Shown piece after piece: positions 11,470 through 25,879 of a stretch of 64,000 nt of DNA. The stretch is taken from assembly GCF_009914755.1 (NCBI RefSeq), contig NC_060931.1. One strand, written 5' to 3'. The translations under genes were made by a program, and so were the position numbers. The stretch's first letter is position 1, and each line of letters opens with the position of its first letter. This stretch comes from the human T2T-CHM13v2.0 reference genome, Homo sapiens. The notes under the pieces were generated by a model. The model was not told the DNA's origin and made no database searches. It worked only from the letters and a program-made list of their open reading frames with translations.

Positions 11470-14150
11470 GGTCTTGTATATCTAATAATATTTTTAATAA
11501 TGTATATGATTTCTTAAAAAATATCTATTATGCTGAGGTTTCAAATTTGAGCAAAGTTGTTATGTTTTTACATTTTCTACTATGATTAATACATTTTTAT
11601 ATGTATGTATTTTTTCTTCATGGTTCATGTATTTTTTTTTGTATGTTTGTTTCTTTCCAGAAACTTAAGGTTTGATTTTGCCAGTTTTTTCATTATTTTC
11701 CAACATTTAAATTAATTTTTTTCCTTCAATTAAAAAAAGTTATTCTTACTTTTTCTGAATTCCTGTATTGAACACTTAACAAAATTATATATTTCTTGTT
11801 TGTTTCTAGGTGAACACCCTGAGGTAAATATATTTCCCCTCCAAGTACCATGTTAAATAAACTCCATAGGTTTGCTTTTGGTTTATTTTATTTTTTGGTT
11901 AATTTTAAAAATTTGTAATATTCATTATTATGTCCTCTTAAACCGATTAGTTATTTAGATTTTTTTTAATTTCCAGTTTTGCTTGTTTATTTGCTTTACT
12001 ACTACTTAGTTTTTTATTTTAAATATGATTGGTTATGGTTAGAAAATATTCTTTATATATTCTTAGACATTTGTTGACATGCATTGAGACCTACACAGGC
12101 TCGATTTTTCTAAATAGGTGCTTTAAAAATGTATATTATCATTTTGTTGAGTGCTGAATTATATAAGCAGGTAAGTCTTCGTATAAAAGGGGCATATTGA
12201 GTCCAAGCAAAATTTAAAAAAATAAATCCACAACTTGACACCTCCATATCTCAAAAAAAAGGCAATCTTAGCACCACCAAAAAATATAGATTTCCTGGAA
12301 AAAAATAACAATTAGGCTGACAACATATTGTATAACTCAGCATCCTATTGTTTGATTACTTCATACATATGGTTTGGGTAATTTAATGCTTCCTGAATAT
12401 CAATATTCATATCCTTCAACTATTAAAAGAATTCTCAGCCACTCTCTTCAAATATTGCTTGTCTTCTAGTCACTCTACTTTATCTTTCTCAAATTAGGAA
12501 TATGTTTTACTGTCTCATCCTGTCACACATGTATCTTTTCCCTTCTTTTACATATTATCTTTTTTTTCTTTTTTTTATTAAACTTTAAGTTCTAGGGTAC
12601 ATGCACACAACAGGTTTGTTACATAGGTATACATGTGCCATGTTGGTTTGCTGCACCCATCAATTCATCATTTACATCAGGTATTTCTCCTAATGCTATC
12701 CCTCCTCCAGTCCCCCACCTGCCGACCGGCCCCAGTGTGTGATGTTTCCCGCCCTGTGTGCATGTGTTCTCATCGTTCAACTCCCACTTATGAATGAAAA
12801 CATGTGGTGTTTGGTTTTCTGCCCTTGTGATAGTCCTCTAGATCCTTGAGGAATCGCCACACTGTCTTCCACAATGGTTGAACTAATTTACACTCCCACC
12901 AACAGTGTAAAAGCATTCCTATTTCTCCACATCTTCTCCAACATCTATTGTTTCCTGACTTTTTAATGATTACCATTCTAACTGGCATGAGATGGTATCT
13001 CATTGTGGTTTTGATTTGCATTTCTCTGATGGCCAGTGATGATGAGCATGTTTTCATACGTCTGTTGGCTGCATAAACGTCCTCTTTTGAGAAGTGTCTG
13101 TTTATATCCTTTTACATATTTTCTATCTCATATTTCTGTGGTGCATTCTAGATAGTTTCTGCATCTCTATCTTATAATTTAGTAACTCATCTTCAAGTTG
13201 TACATGATCTAAACTTTTAGGCTATTGGTTTTGACAGACATATGGCTTCTGTTTGGTTCTTTCTCAAATATGCCTGCTTCTTATTCACTGTTCATGTCTT
13301 TTTATTATTTCCTTTTGTAATGCCTTTAATCATTTCAGATGTTTTTGTAATTTTCACCTACAGTTTGACTCTCTTAAATTATCCAAATTCTAATCTGTTG
13401 TTACTTTGCCTGCTCACTGTTTACCCATGACATGCTGGCACTAGACCCATGTGCTGTGTGCTTGTGTATTTCATCATTTTTAATGGATGTATGATTTACA
13501 CAGTAAAAGGAATAGAACTTACAGTTTTCTGAGTTTTAATAAATCAGCAAACCTGCAACCATCATTATTTAAGAAATTTTCTTTACAAACAGCCCCAATT
13601 AACTGCTACCCAGAGGTAAGTACTGTTTTGATTTCTTTTACCATACATTAGTTTTGCCTGTATTTGTGATTTACATAAATATACATCTTAAGCATGCACT
13701 CTTTTGTCTTTGCTTTGTTTCTGTTCAACATAATTTTTAGCTTCATTCATGTTGCTGCATGTGTCCATATTTTCTTTACCTTAATGTCTATGTATTAATT
13801 TAATTATATGAGTACACTTCAATATGCTTATTCATAACACCCAGATTTGGCTAAAGTGAATAAACTGTGATGATCATTCTAATATAATTCTGTAAGGACA
13901 TTTGCTTTAATTCATTTTTTGTAAACACCTATCAAGTGAATTGCTGGATGTTTGCGCAGGCCTTTTTAAATATTATTAAGAGACTGCCAAACTGTTTTCC
14001 CAAGTAGCTGTACTATTTTCTATTTCACAGACAATGTGCAAGAGTATCAGTTGCTCATGGTTCTCACCAGCATTTGATATTGTTTGGTCCATTTAATTTT
14101 CATCATTGTAATGCATGTGTCCTTGTATTTTAATTGCTAATTTTGTATTA
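11470..14150 (-). mobile_element. Ancient L1M fragments, minus strand, surrounding the L1PA at 12561-13108
   Basis: T-rich degenerate L1 motifs, including a 3' UTR-like stretch at 13.5-14.1 kb. Confidence 0.55.
12561..13108 (-). mobile_element. 5'-truncated L1PA with an internal deletion
   Basis: L1PA 3' end on minus strand; TSD cttttacatatt(a/t)tct at 12545-12560 and 13109-13124; junction near 12835. Confidence 0.93.
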
Positions 14151-14469
14151 TGAGCACATCTTTGAAAAAGATCTTATCGTGAAGAATCCTATGTTTGGTG
14201 CTGGACATTTCTTTCGGGTATTCCAGTTGCAAAACCAGCCTCCAACTACATTTTACCCTAATATCTGCTTGAAAGTGACTGGGCTGTGCAGGTATTAAAA
14301 GCGTGAACATCAAATTTCTTAGAAAGAGCATCATTTAAGGACTTTTACTGAAGAATATTTTTCTTGCCAAACCCAGACTGAGATAGAAAAGACTCTGCAT
14401 GATCTCCTTTTGCCAGTGGGTGGATTTATTTTTTTCTAGTTCTCATTTATGATGTAGTAATGTACTCAT

Positions 14470-15150
14470 TTTCAAATGACAGGAAAACTGGTCCAAAATG
14501 ACCTAAACACAGAGGGGTTTATTTGTTCACTATGTCAAAAATTCAGAGGTTAGAATTCTAGGGTTGACTGGTTGCGTGTTTCATCTGCATGGCTAGCAGA
14601 TACCTGTGGCTTCTCCAAGTATCACAAAAAAACTCCAAGCTGGGTGAAGGAGACTGGGAAAATGACCAAAACAAAAATTACTATTAGTAGGGTTTTGCTT
14701 TTTGTTCTTAAAGAGACACATACATAGCTGACCCACAAAAACTCCCTTGATAGATGTATATGACATAGTTACCTTTATTTGCAAGAAAAACTTGGGAAAA
14801 GTGGATTGTGATGGGAGTTGCATTTCAATTTGTCTGTCATAGTCCAGAAAACAGGCTAACGGTTGCCCATGAACAATCTCAGTCCCTCCACATGGAACAT
14901 ACTCACATCTTTAAGAAGTAACATCAAAAGTCACCTAGATTACCATCAGTTTGTAATCTATTATCTGTGATTTGAGCCAGTCTCAAGCTCAATGATAACC
15001 TATCTGTCTCTGCAGTGTTGGAGCACACATAGAAGAGTTACAACAAAATTCCCATTAAGAATAAAAAATGGAAAACAGGTATCCGTGGCACATGATAATC
15101 CTGATGGTCAGGAAAAGAAAAACTCTAACCCCTAACAGGAGATCCAGTGC
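14470..15150. mobile_element. Old MaLR (MLT1-like) fragments
   Basis: Weak resemblance to recalled MLT1 LTR/internal sequence. Confidence 0.35.
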
Positions 15151-15157
15151 TTTGTTA

Positions 15158-16738
15158 TTATCATGGGATCCTTAGGGAGTCACTTCACCAGCCAGAAATC
15201 TCTGTGCCTAGAGGCACTTTCTGCCTGAGTATTAGTTGCTGGGCTCGTTCCACCCACTCAGAATGGTAGCTGCGTCCAGCTCACACTACTGTCCCGGATC
15301 CCACACCTGCCAAGGGCAAGCGAGGTGTAGAGCAGGAAGGAGTGTGTGGTTGAGTGAGCATGGGGTCTGTCCACTGTAGACAGCCAGGTACGCTAGCTGC
15401 TGTGGTGGGGTAGGCAGCTGCAGGTGCCAGCACAGGTGCCAGCACTATGTGAGGCTGCAGCAGGACCAGATGTACTGCACATGGCTTCCGCTGCAGGCAT
15501 CTACCTCTGGACGAGGGGATGCAATGGTACCCGGAAGCCTGGAGATGCCAGGAGCCACAGAGCCCCAAAGAGGGTGACATAGCCCTAGCTCAGGGAACCC
15601 CTAGGTCTGAGATCTCTGAAGGACTGCAGCTCTTCTGTCCTTCTCATCGCCCGCAATATGGCAAGTGGCAGGGGCATGTTTCAGCCCTGTTTGTGTTACA
15701 GCTTTTACAGTCCTGCCATTTGGAGGTTCCAAAGTTCTTGTCCCACATCCAGAAAGAATGAGCTATGTGGATAACTGGAGGGTTAGCAAGGTGGAGAGGA
15801 GCTTCACTCAGCAACAGAACAGTTCTCAGGAGACCCAAAGTGGGTAGCTCCTTTCCACAGGCAGGTGGTCCCGATGACGGTTTAGCTCTCAGCAGAGAGG
15901 AGAACTGGAGTGAGTAGCTCCTATCTGCAGGCAGGTCATCTCACAGAGTCAAGGATACCTGAAGTGGGTAGCTCCTTTCTGCAGTTGGTAGTCCTGACAT
16001 CTGAGTCTGGCTGAGTCCCGGGTTTTTATGGGCTCAGAAGGAGGAAAGTATATGCCATGGGCAGGCCCAGAGAAAGCACCACAAGTTCTCACTCTGGACT
16101 GCAGACTCTACTCATAACTGGCAGCCTGGCCCCCAGTCTTCAGGCTGTCCCTGACTTGAAGGTGGGGTTTTACCAGGGACCTGTCCCTTTCCACCAAGGA
16201 GTCTGTCTACCTCCTGCCACCATCAACATGTCATCTATGGTGCCCAGGCAGTTCATGCCAAGGGGCCCCTGCAGGCCCGAACTGAATCGCTCTCATCCCC
16301 ACTCAGCCTCCCTCCTGTGCTTGTTGGCACCCAAAGTCTGGAGAGGGCTGAGGCAGCAGGCAGCTGGCATGTCAGTGCCACCCCAAGCATGTGCACAACC
16401 AGCTGGGTAGTGACAGCACCCAAGTTTGGCCTTAACTTTGCTCCATAGCAGGTGCTAAGAGTGAGGAGGAATGGGAGCAGACATTTCTGAGCCTGGCTGG
16501 GCAGGGGGATTCCTGGGCTCCCAAGAATGCAGGGATGCCTGGGTGCAGAACCATGGCTGGGTGGAGGCAGCTGCACCTGGGAGTGCAGGGCTTCTGACCT
16601 GCCAACTCAGAAGAGGGCAGGGCTCCCTCCTGTCCCTGGCCCCTGCCTGCTCTGTGAGTGCACAGTCCCAGCCACACCTCCGCTGCTGCAGCTGGCATCC
16701 CCACTGTGGCTGCTCCAGATGGGCTGCTGAGGCCATCA
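15158..16738 (-). mobile_element. MER52-family solo LTR (ERV1)
   Basis: GC-rich 1.6-kb block with termini tcatgggatcctt... and ...gccatca, and gtgggtagctcct repeats typical of MER52. Confidence 0.8.
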
Positions 16739-17779
16739 GTATCTATTCTGGGAGACTCAGGCTCTGTGCTCTGAGAGGAGTTCCCTTATCCACTATCAAC
16801 CATAACTACAACTTCATTGAGCTCTAGGCAAAATACCCTGTATGAGCTGTTCAGTTTCCACACCAAGTTCTGTGTGTGTGGCTTCATTAACAATCAGATT
16901 TCTTTAAATTTGAATAATCATTGAAGGCAAGTCTTATTTTTTTAATCCCCTGATTGATTTTCATAAGAATTTGCCAAAGTCTAATCTATTTGCTTCTTGT
17001 CGATTTCATGTGTGAACTACTAGGACTAAGACCACAGAGAGGCCTAGCTATTTGTTCCTTTGCCACCTCAATTTCCCAGTGATGGGTGTTTCCAGATGAA
17101 GGAAATATTAGCAAGAGGACACATCATTCCTCTTCTACAGCTTTCTGTAAGACAGACACTTTCTCTCCCACTGATATTTTTGACGCTGCTTTTTAAAATA
17201 CATCAAACTTAGCCTTTCTCTCCCTGTGTGTTTGATCAGTGTTTCACAAGTATCAAAAGCTTTAGTTCATTTTTTCTCTCATTTTATACTCAAATAAACA
17301 TCTGAGGTAGACAGGCCTGGCATTATTTGTGCAAGTAACAGCTAAAGACTTCAAGGCTGGAGGTATTTAAGTCATGCTGCAAGGCAGCACAGCTGGGTGT
17401 GTGCTGGCCTTGGTGCAAAACCACTGGTGTTTTGATTCGTAGTCCAGAATTGGTGTGCTGCACCATGAAGAGTACTAATACTATGGCTTAATGACAGTCC
17501 TCACAACTTCCTGTTATAGCATATTAAATGTACACCTTGAAAACTATCCTTACCACATCTGGCCCCACAACGTAATGGTTAGCACTCTGGACTCTGAAAA
17601 TTATCCTTAACAAGTAATAGATGTTTCCACTCCTTGGTCTAATAGGCCATGGAGTTCACCCAGTGCAGATGTGAACTGTAGGAAGCACCCTGAAATAACA
17701 ACTCTCTTCTCCAAACAGATAAGTTTCAATGTGAGTGAGTAACATCTGAGAGAAGCAGGAGCAATCCTGTTGCCACTGG

Positions 17780-17959
17780 GTCTCAATCATTAGCTTGCAT
17801 CAGAATTGCCTGCAATGCTCCTGAAAACACAGTCTGCTGTGCCCCATCCCCAGAGTTTCTGAGGCAGCAGATCAAGGTTAGCACTTCAAAATGTGCATGT
17901 CTAGCAATTCCCAGATAGTGTTTATCTGTCAATCCCAAGACCACATTCTGAGAACCACC
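17780..17959. mobile_element. MER5A-like hAT DNA transposon
   Basis: gcatcagaat...ccccatccccagagtttctga...ccacattctgagaaccac. Confidence 0.75.
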
Positions 17960-18874
17960 TGTGATAGCTGATTTCATATGTCAACTTGAGCGGGCCATGG
18001 GGTGCCCAAATATTTTGTCAAACACTAATCTGGATGGTTCTCTGGGGATGTCTTTGGCTAAGAAGACTGAATGAAGCAGATTGCCTTCCTTAATGTAGGA
18101 AGGCCTAATCCAGTCAGGTAAAGGCACCAAGTAGAACAAAAAGTTCAACTCCACCTAAGTAAGGGAAAATTCCTCCTGTCTGAGTACCTTGAAGCTGGGA
18201 TATCAGCTTCTTCCTGCCCTTAGACTAGAACTGAAACATCAGCTTTTCCTTGGAATGAAACTCATGCCGTGTTCCACAGTGGGCATGTCTATGTAAACCT
18301 ACTCCCAAAGGCTGAGGAAGCTGAGAAGCCAGAGACAGAGTCTGAGATATCCAGTTTCTCAGAAACACTAAATGGGGACTTACAAACAGAACCATGCCCT
18401 GGACAGCCACAGGATGGGATGGTGGATTCCATGGAGTTACCCCCAAGACATAGGGCTTATGCACCATGGGGACAGAATGTCCATGCTTCAGCAGGGATGT
18501 GTAGAACAATTGCTTAAGGGCAAGATTTATGGTAAGTACATGTTTACACAAGGAACAGTGGATAGCACAGAAATCTTAGAGGCATTCCCAAAACCAGAGT
18601 TAGTCAGAAGTCAACATATAGGATGAGCATCCGGGATAGCGTTACTTTAGCCTCCACACACCATCAGCTCTCCTGGGTCTCCAGCTTGCCAAGCCAGCCT
18701 GAAGATCTTGGACTTGCCATGCTCCGTAATCCTGTGAGCCAATTCCTATGATCTCTCTCTCTCTACATATATGTATATAAACACACATCCTATATACATA
18801 TAAACACGCACACATTTACAGGATATATGCATATCCTATAAGTTCTGCTTCTTTGGAGAACCCTGACTTATACA
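17960..18874 (+). mobile_element. MLT2 (ERVL) solo LTR
   Basis: tgtgatagctgatttcatatgtcaacttga ... ggagaaccctgacttataca; 5-bp TSD ccacc at 17955-17959 and 18875-18879. Confidence 0.9.
18270..18658 (-). mobile_element. Solo LTR (LTR47-like) nested inside the MLT2
   Basis: TG...CA termini; minus strand begins tgtggaggctaaagtaac; interrupts MLT2 colinearity. Confidence 0.7.
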
Positions 18875-19379
18875 CCACCACTGTAGGAACTTCACCAGGT
18901 GATAATGAATATTGGATATTTGATGGCTGATGTTCTAAAGAAGCATAACAGTTAGATAAAATAATAATTACAATAATAATAATGAAGCCAAGTTAGCAAC
19001 AGAGCCAAGGCTGAGAAATCCATACACTTTCCATTTACAAACAAATAGTCGACTTTTTTTTTCCTTTAGCTCTTGGTAAAGTAATCAAAATGACCATTCA
19101 CAAAATGTATTTGTCTACCCAGCTGTATTTGAGGAATTTTTTTTTTTTTTTTTTTTTGGTCAGAGAATGAATTTCTCTCTTTACACAGGCCTCTTCCCAG
19201 TTCCAACCCTCAAATCTTTGAAAAGCATATTGATTACACAGCAAGCAGCTGCAAGCCCAGATTTCCCTGCCCACCTTGCTGGGGGTCCAATCCTCTCATG
19301 CTGCACTGCACCTCAGCCTCCCCCTCCCCATGGCTCTGGCCATGTCAGCCACGTTATGAGTTTTGCGTGTGTCTCCCTC

Positions 19380-19870
19380 TGAGAAACGAAGGGCAGAATC
19401 TGTGTTTCTTCATATTTGTGCCCCTCTGGCTCTCCACATGACAATTATTCCTGGTAGATTGCTCGTGAGCAGTGGATACTGCTGAAAACCTGCAAGAATG
19501 GATGCTGGGTGAAGAGCAGAGGTGCCCCAATAACTAATCATGCTAAACTTAGTGAGTGAACAAGTAAAAGCCTGAACACAAGAAGAAATCTGTGAGTAAA
19601 CCAAGATGATGGAAGTATTATTGTTTAAATTTAAAATTTAAGCCAAGGGAATCACGATGGGATCATGATTATAATCCTGAGCTTTAGATTAGTCTAAGTG
19701 AGAACTTTCAAAAGTTGCATAAACTCTTTCAACCTCAGTGTCCTCAAATATAAAGTTAAAGTCATACCAGTGCTTCCCTCATAGAAATAGTGTATGCGAG
19801 GGGAGGTAAAACACATAAATCCCTGGGACTAGAATCTGACCAAACTTTAAATATTAGCAAGTGTTATTTT
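19380..19870. mobile_element. L2 and MIR fragments
   Basis: Degenerate L2 3' motif (~19380-19560) and MIR core aacctcagtgtcctcaaatataaa (~19730). Confidence 0.5.
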
Positions 19871-22444
19871 ATTATTTTGTTTATTTTTTGTGACCTGTAA
19901 ATTGCTTTGTAAGCCTCTTCTGAGATACAAACTTTCCTTCATACTCTGATCAAGGATTAGGTTAGAAGTTTAAAGTAGCAAAATTTATTGTCAGAAGGTG
20001 AGACTGTCTTAATGAATTCAGAATATGTTAACATCTGTGGTAGGTGTGCCTAGGCTTTGGAATAAATCTAAAATTATCATAGCAAAATATTTTTATAGCT
20101 TATAATCCCCTCTTTCTTCCTATGGGCAAAACATTCAGTATTAGGTGGGGATGTGACCGATGGGAACTTTTGGGATGACTGTGAAAAATGCAGTTCTCAA
20201 CATATGCTACAGATGAGTTAATAAATGTTGTTAAACCTCATCAAATGTAAAGACCCCCCCACATCCCACAAAACAGGGAACATTAAACAGCGTCACTGCA
20301 AGCATCATTTTGAAGGTCTTCTCCTTGGCATCTGTGTATCTCCAAGTCAGTGGACAGACCATAGGGAGTAAAGGCCTGGGCATAGCATGGAACTTCAGCT
20401 TCCATGCATCCTGATTTCCATCTGGCTGATCAGGAGCCATCCAATCAATTTCATCTCTCCCATATGGCCCAGTACTTGCCAAGGAGATGTTTCATGATGT
20501 AGAATTTCTAACGACCATTCAAATACCTCACAGAAACCCAGACATCTAGTGAGTCAGTTGGTCTGTGCAGAAGATTCCTCCATATCACTAAGGAAACTCG
20601 AGATGCTGTGGTTTATTCAGAGGAATAAACAAAGATTTGATAAAACAGAAACAGTTCAGAAGAAAAAGGTAAGCACCAGACTTGAATGTTAAGGTTGTGC
20701 CCTAGGGACAAGTTTTAGGCATTCAGTGGTAGAATCTGACTCTGGGGACAGATAATGAGATTTTTATGTAGTCCTGGGATACATACACTTATTCTTAGCT
20801 CCTAGACCAAGCATTGAGAAACACAGGAGCGAATTTTGAAGTGCATTTAACTCCAGATTCCACCCGAAGTGCCATTACTTCATGCCCCTAAGGCCTCATC
20901 TCAGCTAAGGGCACTCCATAATGACAATTAAGTATTTGAACATGAACCTTTACTTGCTTAGCATAAAAATAAACCAAAATTGAAAGTAAGGAAAACACTT
21001 CTAAGTCAATGCACTCAGTATCAGTAATACCATTGCAATACTGATATAAAACGAAGCTCAATCAATCCACTTCATACTCTCCAAACTCTGGAAGTCTGCA
21101 CCTGCCATGCTTTTATGCATAAAACACTGAACAGCACTCCACCACCACCACTAATATGCTAAAACCTGTTCATCCATCTCATCTTAGGTTATTTCATTCC
21201 ACAATGGAAAGCCTTATTTGACTTTCAAAAGATATTTGCTGCCTCTTTATGTTAATCTTCTATTTTCTCTACATTACACAGTGTTTTACTTTCCTATGCA
21301 CTCATTTGTATCTCTGAGTGGGCTAGAAGTTCCTGGAGGACAATGCTCATGTCTTGGTCCCTGTTAGTCTCCAGTTGAATGATGTACCTGGCAAATAGTA
21401 GATTTTTCAATAAGTATTTCTTGACTGGTTGACTGAGTGACTGTCTAACAAACATTTTAGAGAATTACATTGTACTAAACCATATGCTTAATACTGGCAT
21501 GAAAGGTATCTGCTGAGTTTATTTCAAAGTGCTAACTCCTGAATGGCACCTGTTATCTCAGGGTCAGTTGGCTTAGTGAGTTCATTGAAATGTATCTACA
21601 ACTTCATCAAAATAGCTGTATGTCTCAGAAATTTGCTGCAATGGGTATGTGCAGCCACAATATAGAGTAGAATCTTCACTGTCAAATGGTCTTTTTGACG
21701 TTAGGCCCTTCCTCTGGGTACTTTGGGTTTTAATTTGTGGACGGGACACTCCTTTTTATGTTCCAAGTATATAGGTAAATAAAATATAAACCTTAGGCTT
21801 GTTCACACACATGAGGTACAGAAAGATCTGATTTCCCCAAGCTTACACTAAAATTAGAAAAAACAAACAAACAAGAATTCGAGAGGTGAAGTGACATAAA
21901 TCATTAATAAATTAGTGGCTTTAAAACAGAAAACAGCTGATTGAATGTTTTTAAAGGTTCTAAATAACAGCAATTAAATCAAAGTAATGACTGAAGACAA
22001 AATTAAACGGTTTGAAATTGTAGCAAATGAGTGTAAAACTTTTAGAATGTGGTTTTTACATTCCTTTAATATGTTTCTTTAAAATGTCCTCTTTCTGAGG
22101 AATGAGGCTAAAGAAATTTAAAATATTCATTGGACTGTACTCTTTTGTGAGAACTTCCTCCCACAAAAAAATTTATTAAATTGGACTAAAAATGAAGAGC
22201 TTTATATTAGGGATGATTTTCATCCCTAACAACTGCTTTTCCTTGATAACTTGAAAATAAAATGCCCACATAGAATGCTTCAATTGGCTAGAATTTGGAA
22301 GCTTGGACACTCCCTATTTTAACAAGTGTTAGTGAAAACTCAGAAATAAATTTGGTGCAAATGAAATGTACAAGATAAACACATCCATTTCGCCTTATTC
22401 TCCTGAATTCTTCCACAACGTATAGGTATAATTTTAGCGAGCTC

Positions 22445-22810
22445 CCTGCAGGACTGAACCTTTGTGTCATCACAGAGTTTATGTGTTGAAATCCTAACCC
22501 CCAGGGTGATGGTATTGGGAGGTGGGACTTGTGGGAGGTGATTCATTCATGGGGATGGAGCCCATGTGAATGGTATTAGCATCTGCATAAAAAAATCCCA
22601 GAGAGCTCCTTCCCTGCTTCTAGCATGTGGGGATACAGCTAAAAGGAATTGTCTGGGAACCAAGAACACGGCCTCACAAGACACCAAATTTGCTGGTGAC
22701 TTAACCTTGGATTTCCCAACCTCCCAAACTGTGAGAAACAAATTCCTGTTGTTTCTAAGTTACCCAGTCTATGGTATTTTGTTATAGCAGCATGACCACA
22801 TTGGGACAGA
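22445..22810 (+). mobile_element. MLT1A-like MaLR LTR
   Basis: atgtgttgaaatcctaaccccc ... actgtgagaaacaaattcctgttgttt ... tatggtattttgttatagcagc. Confidence 0.85.
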
Positions 22811-22919
22811 CCTGTGCCTTTTATTTTCACATGTGAATGAACTTCCTTTGACCGACTTTCAGAGTATGTAGATCTGACCTAAGCCCTAATAAGTATAAAA
22901 AATATCAAATGTTTTGTTA

Positions 22920-23261
<342 letters not shown>

Positions 23262-23619
23262 TCAGATGGTATGTCTAATCGTTACTAATTTTAGCTATGG
23301 ATCAAACCAGATTATCTGAAGCATGTATATTTCAACCTTTTATAATAACTCATAATGAATTAACTATCAGTGGTATGGTACAGGCCTTTAAAGAAAACCA
23401 TCATTAAATAAAAAATACCTTTCATATTTTCTTATTTAAGAATGCATTGGGTGCATTAAGGGCATCTCCTGCATCCCGCAGGCCACAGTCCTCCCCCTGG
23501 CCCCATGCTCTTTAAGTGAATAAAGGGAAAAATGCATTTTCATTCCTCAGTTTCTGAAATCACCATATATATTTTATCAAACAGATTCCATATTGTAAGT
23601 TGTCTAGTAATGCAATGGA

Positions 23620-23790
23620 CTGGGGAAGTGATTCTTAAATTTTAGTACATATAAGAATCACCTGGATATCTTATAAACTGTTGATTTCCAGCCCTTGTCC
23701 TCAAAATTGCTTATCCCAGCAAATCTCATCAAAGGAATTTACATTGCTAATTGGCACTGAAGGTGATTCTGACATAAGTTGTATTTCGCC
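23620..23790. mobile_element. MER5-like DNA transposon fragment
   Basis: agtgattcttaaat...ataagaatcacctgg...aggtgattctga. Confidence 0.55.
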
Positions 23791-24301
23791 TTTGATTCTA
23801 CATTCCCACCCCATACTACAATGCTTTTGACAAGCTTGAAAGAGGATGTTCTTTAAAGTTGACTTTATATTCCTTAATTTCTCAACTTCAATCTTAAAAT
23901 ATGTTTCTGGGGCCTCATTAAATTTGTTTAAAGTGTGTACCTATTCTTATTTTAATATTTCTAGTATGAAATAACTCTATAGGGCTTGTATTTGCCAACA
24001 ATATCCTATTGTTTGCTAGTATAAACATTGAAGGCAGATATAGCTCCTAAACGTATTCATATATATTCTATTTATTTAACAAAGTTTTTAAAATCTAAGT
24101 ATCTAATATCACATGTCTTTCACTGACTTTGGCTCTATAGCTGTAGGCAATCAGTCTTGCAGTGCATTAGCTACTGTATAGCCCTAATCTTCTTTCTGAA
24201 CAGTTCCATTTCTTTTTCATCATCATTGCTCCTTCCCTATATTTCAGACCATGATATTTTCTATACTTATTACATCAATTACAATAACCTGTCATCTTTA
24301 G

Positions 24302-24684
<383 letters not shown>

Positions 24685-25037
24685 GACTCAATGTTTCAAA
24701 TCACTTAATCAGAAATTAACATCTCTTGTTATTTTGTTTAGCCATGGAATAGTGATTCTTGCAGCAATTCAAGAGTTTATAAAACAAACATATTTTGGTT
24801 AAATGCAATATCCCCAAACTGCCAAGCCAGTCAAAAACCACAGCTAATCATCGTACCCTGTCATCATATCTGTATTTTACCTACAGATTTAAAATAAATG
24901 TATACCAATTCGAATAATAGAGTTAAAATAACAAAAAATAAACAAACCTATTATAGCATACTGAATTTCCCCCAAATATAAATTACAAATCAATAATCAT
25001 AAATGAAAGATATTTTATGGCATTTAAAAAAACTTAC

Positions 25038-25224
25038 CTGGTACGTTAAAATTCTTCATCACTTAATATTATCTTCTTTTCTCCAACTAGTGAAGCATTA
25101 GGCTTAAATTATCATTTCTAGTGCAGTATTCTTTACGTGGTAGAAAAACCAAAAATAATGTTCATTACACCAGAATGAATGTAAACGAACTAAAAGATTA
25201 TCTACCAGAATGAATGTAAAAGAA
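25038..25224 (-). ncRNA. Possible exon of minus-strand transcript (acceptor uncertain)
   Basis: Perfect donor CAG|GTAAGT at 25038/25037; candidate acceptors at 25190 and 25225 lie in a 35-bp tandem duplication. Confidence 0.3.
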
Positions 25225-25879
25225 CTAAAAAATTATCTATCACATTTCTTCTACTCCTTTTTCCCTTTGTTTTCAACTCCAGAGAGTTGAAAGAATAGAG
25301 AGAAGGTAGGTGTTGTTTTCCTGGACCACATTTAAAAAAACATTAAATACCAAGGAACCTGTGGTTATTTTACATGAATAACAAATAAAAAGGAGTGTTG
25401 ATAGGCACTGCATATTCAGTAGTGATCATCTTAAGAATACATGAATAAATGCTTGTAAATCTATTTGTAAAAAATACAAAAAGACTTCTTCTAGCCTTCT
25501 TTTATCTTGTATCAATGGATAGGTCATCTGCCTGCTATTCCATTTTCTCTAACTCCTTTCCCTGAAGCTGAGTTCTGAAAATTATTATAAGGGTTTGAAC
25601 TGTAGTGAAGTACTCATCTGTAATTACTATATTTAGACTTGAAGTTTTTGTTGATGCTTCAGTTTATGTGTTACCATAGATTGAAAGCAGACAGTACAAA
25701 AAGATTTTTGAATGATGGCATGAGAAACTCTACAGAACCTTTTTCCCAGCCGAATGATCATAGCTGATAAAAATTATTTTTTTAAAAAAAGAACTATTTA
25801 AAGTCTCTAGAAACTGTCTTATGGGTAAGTAGGAATGGAGGACAAGAAAACTTAAGAAATTTACCAAATCTTAATATGA

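Noticed and set aside
15281-16827. Cluster of overlapping ORFs on both strands
   Set aside because: By-product of the GC-rich MER52 LTR; no recognisable domain
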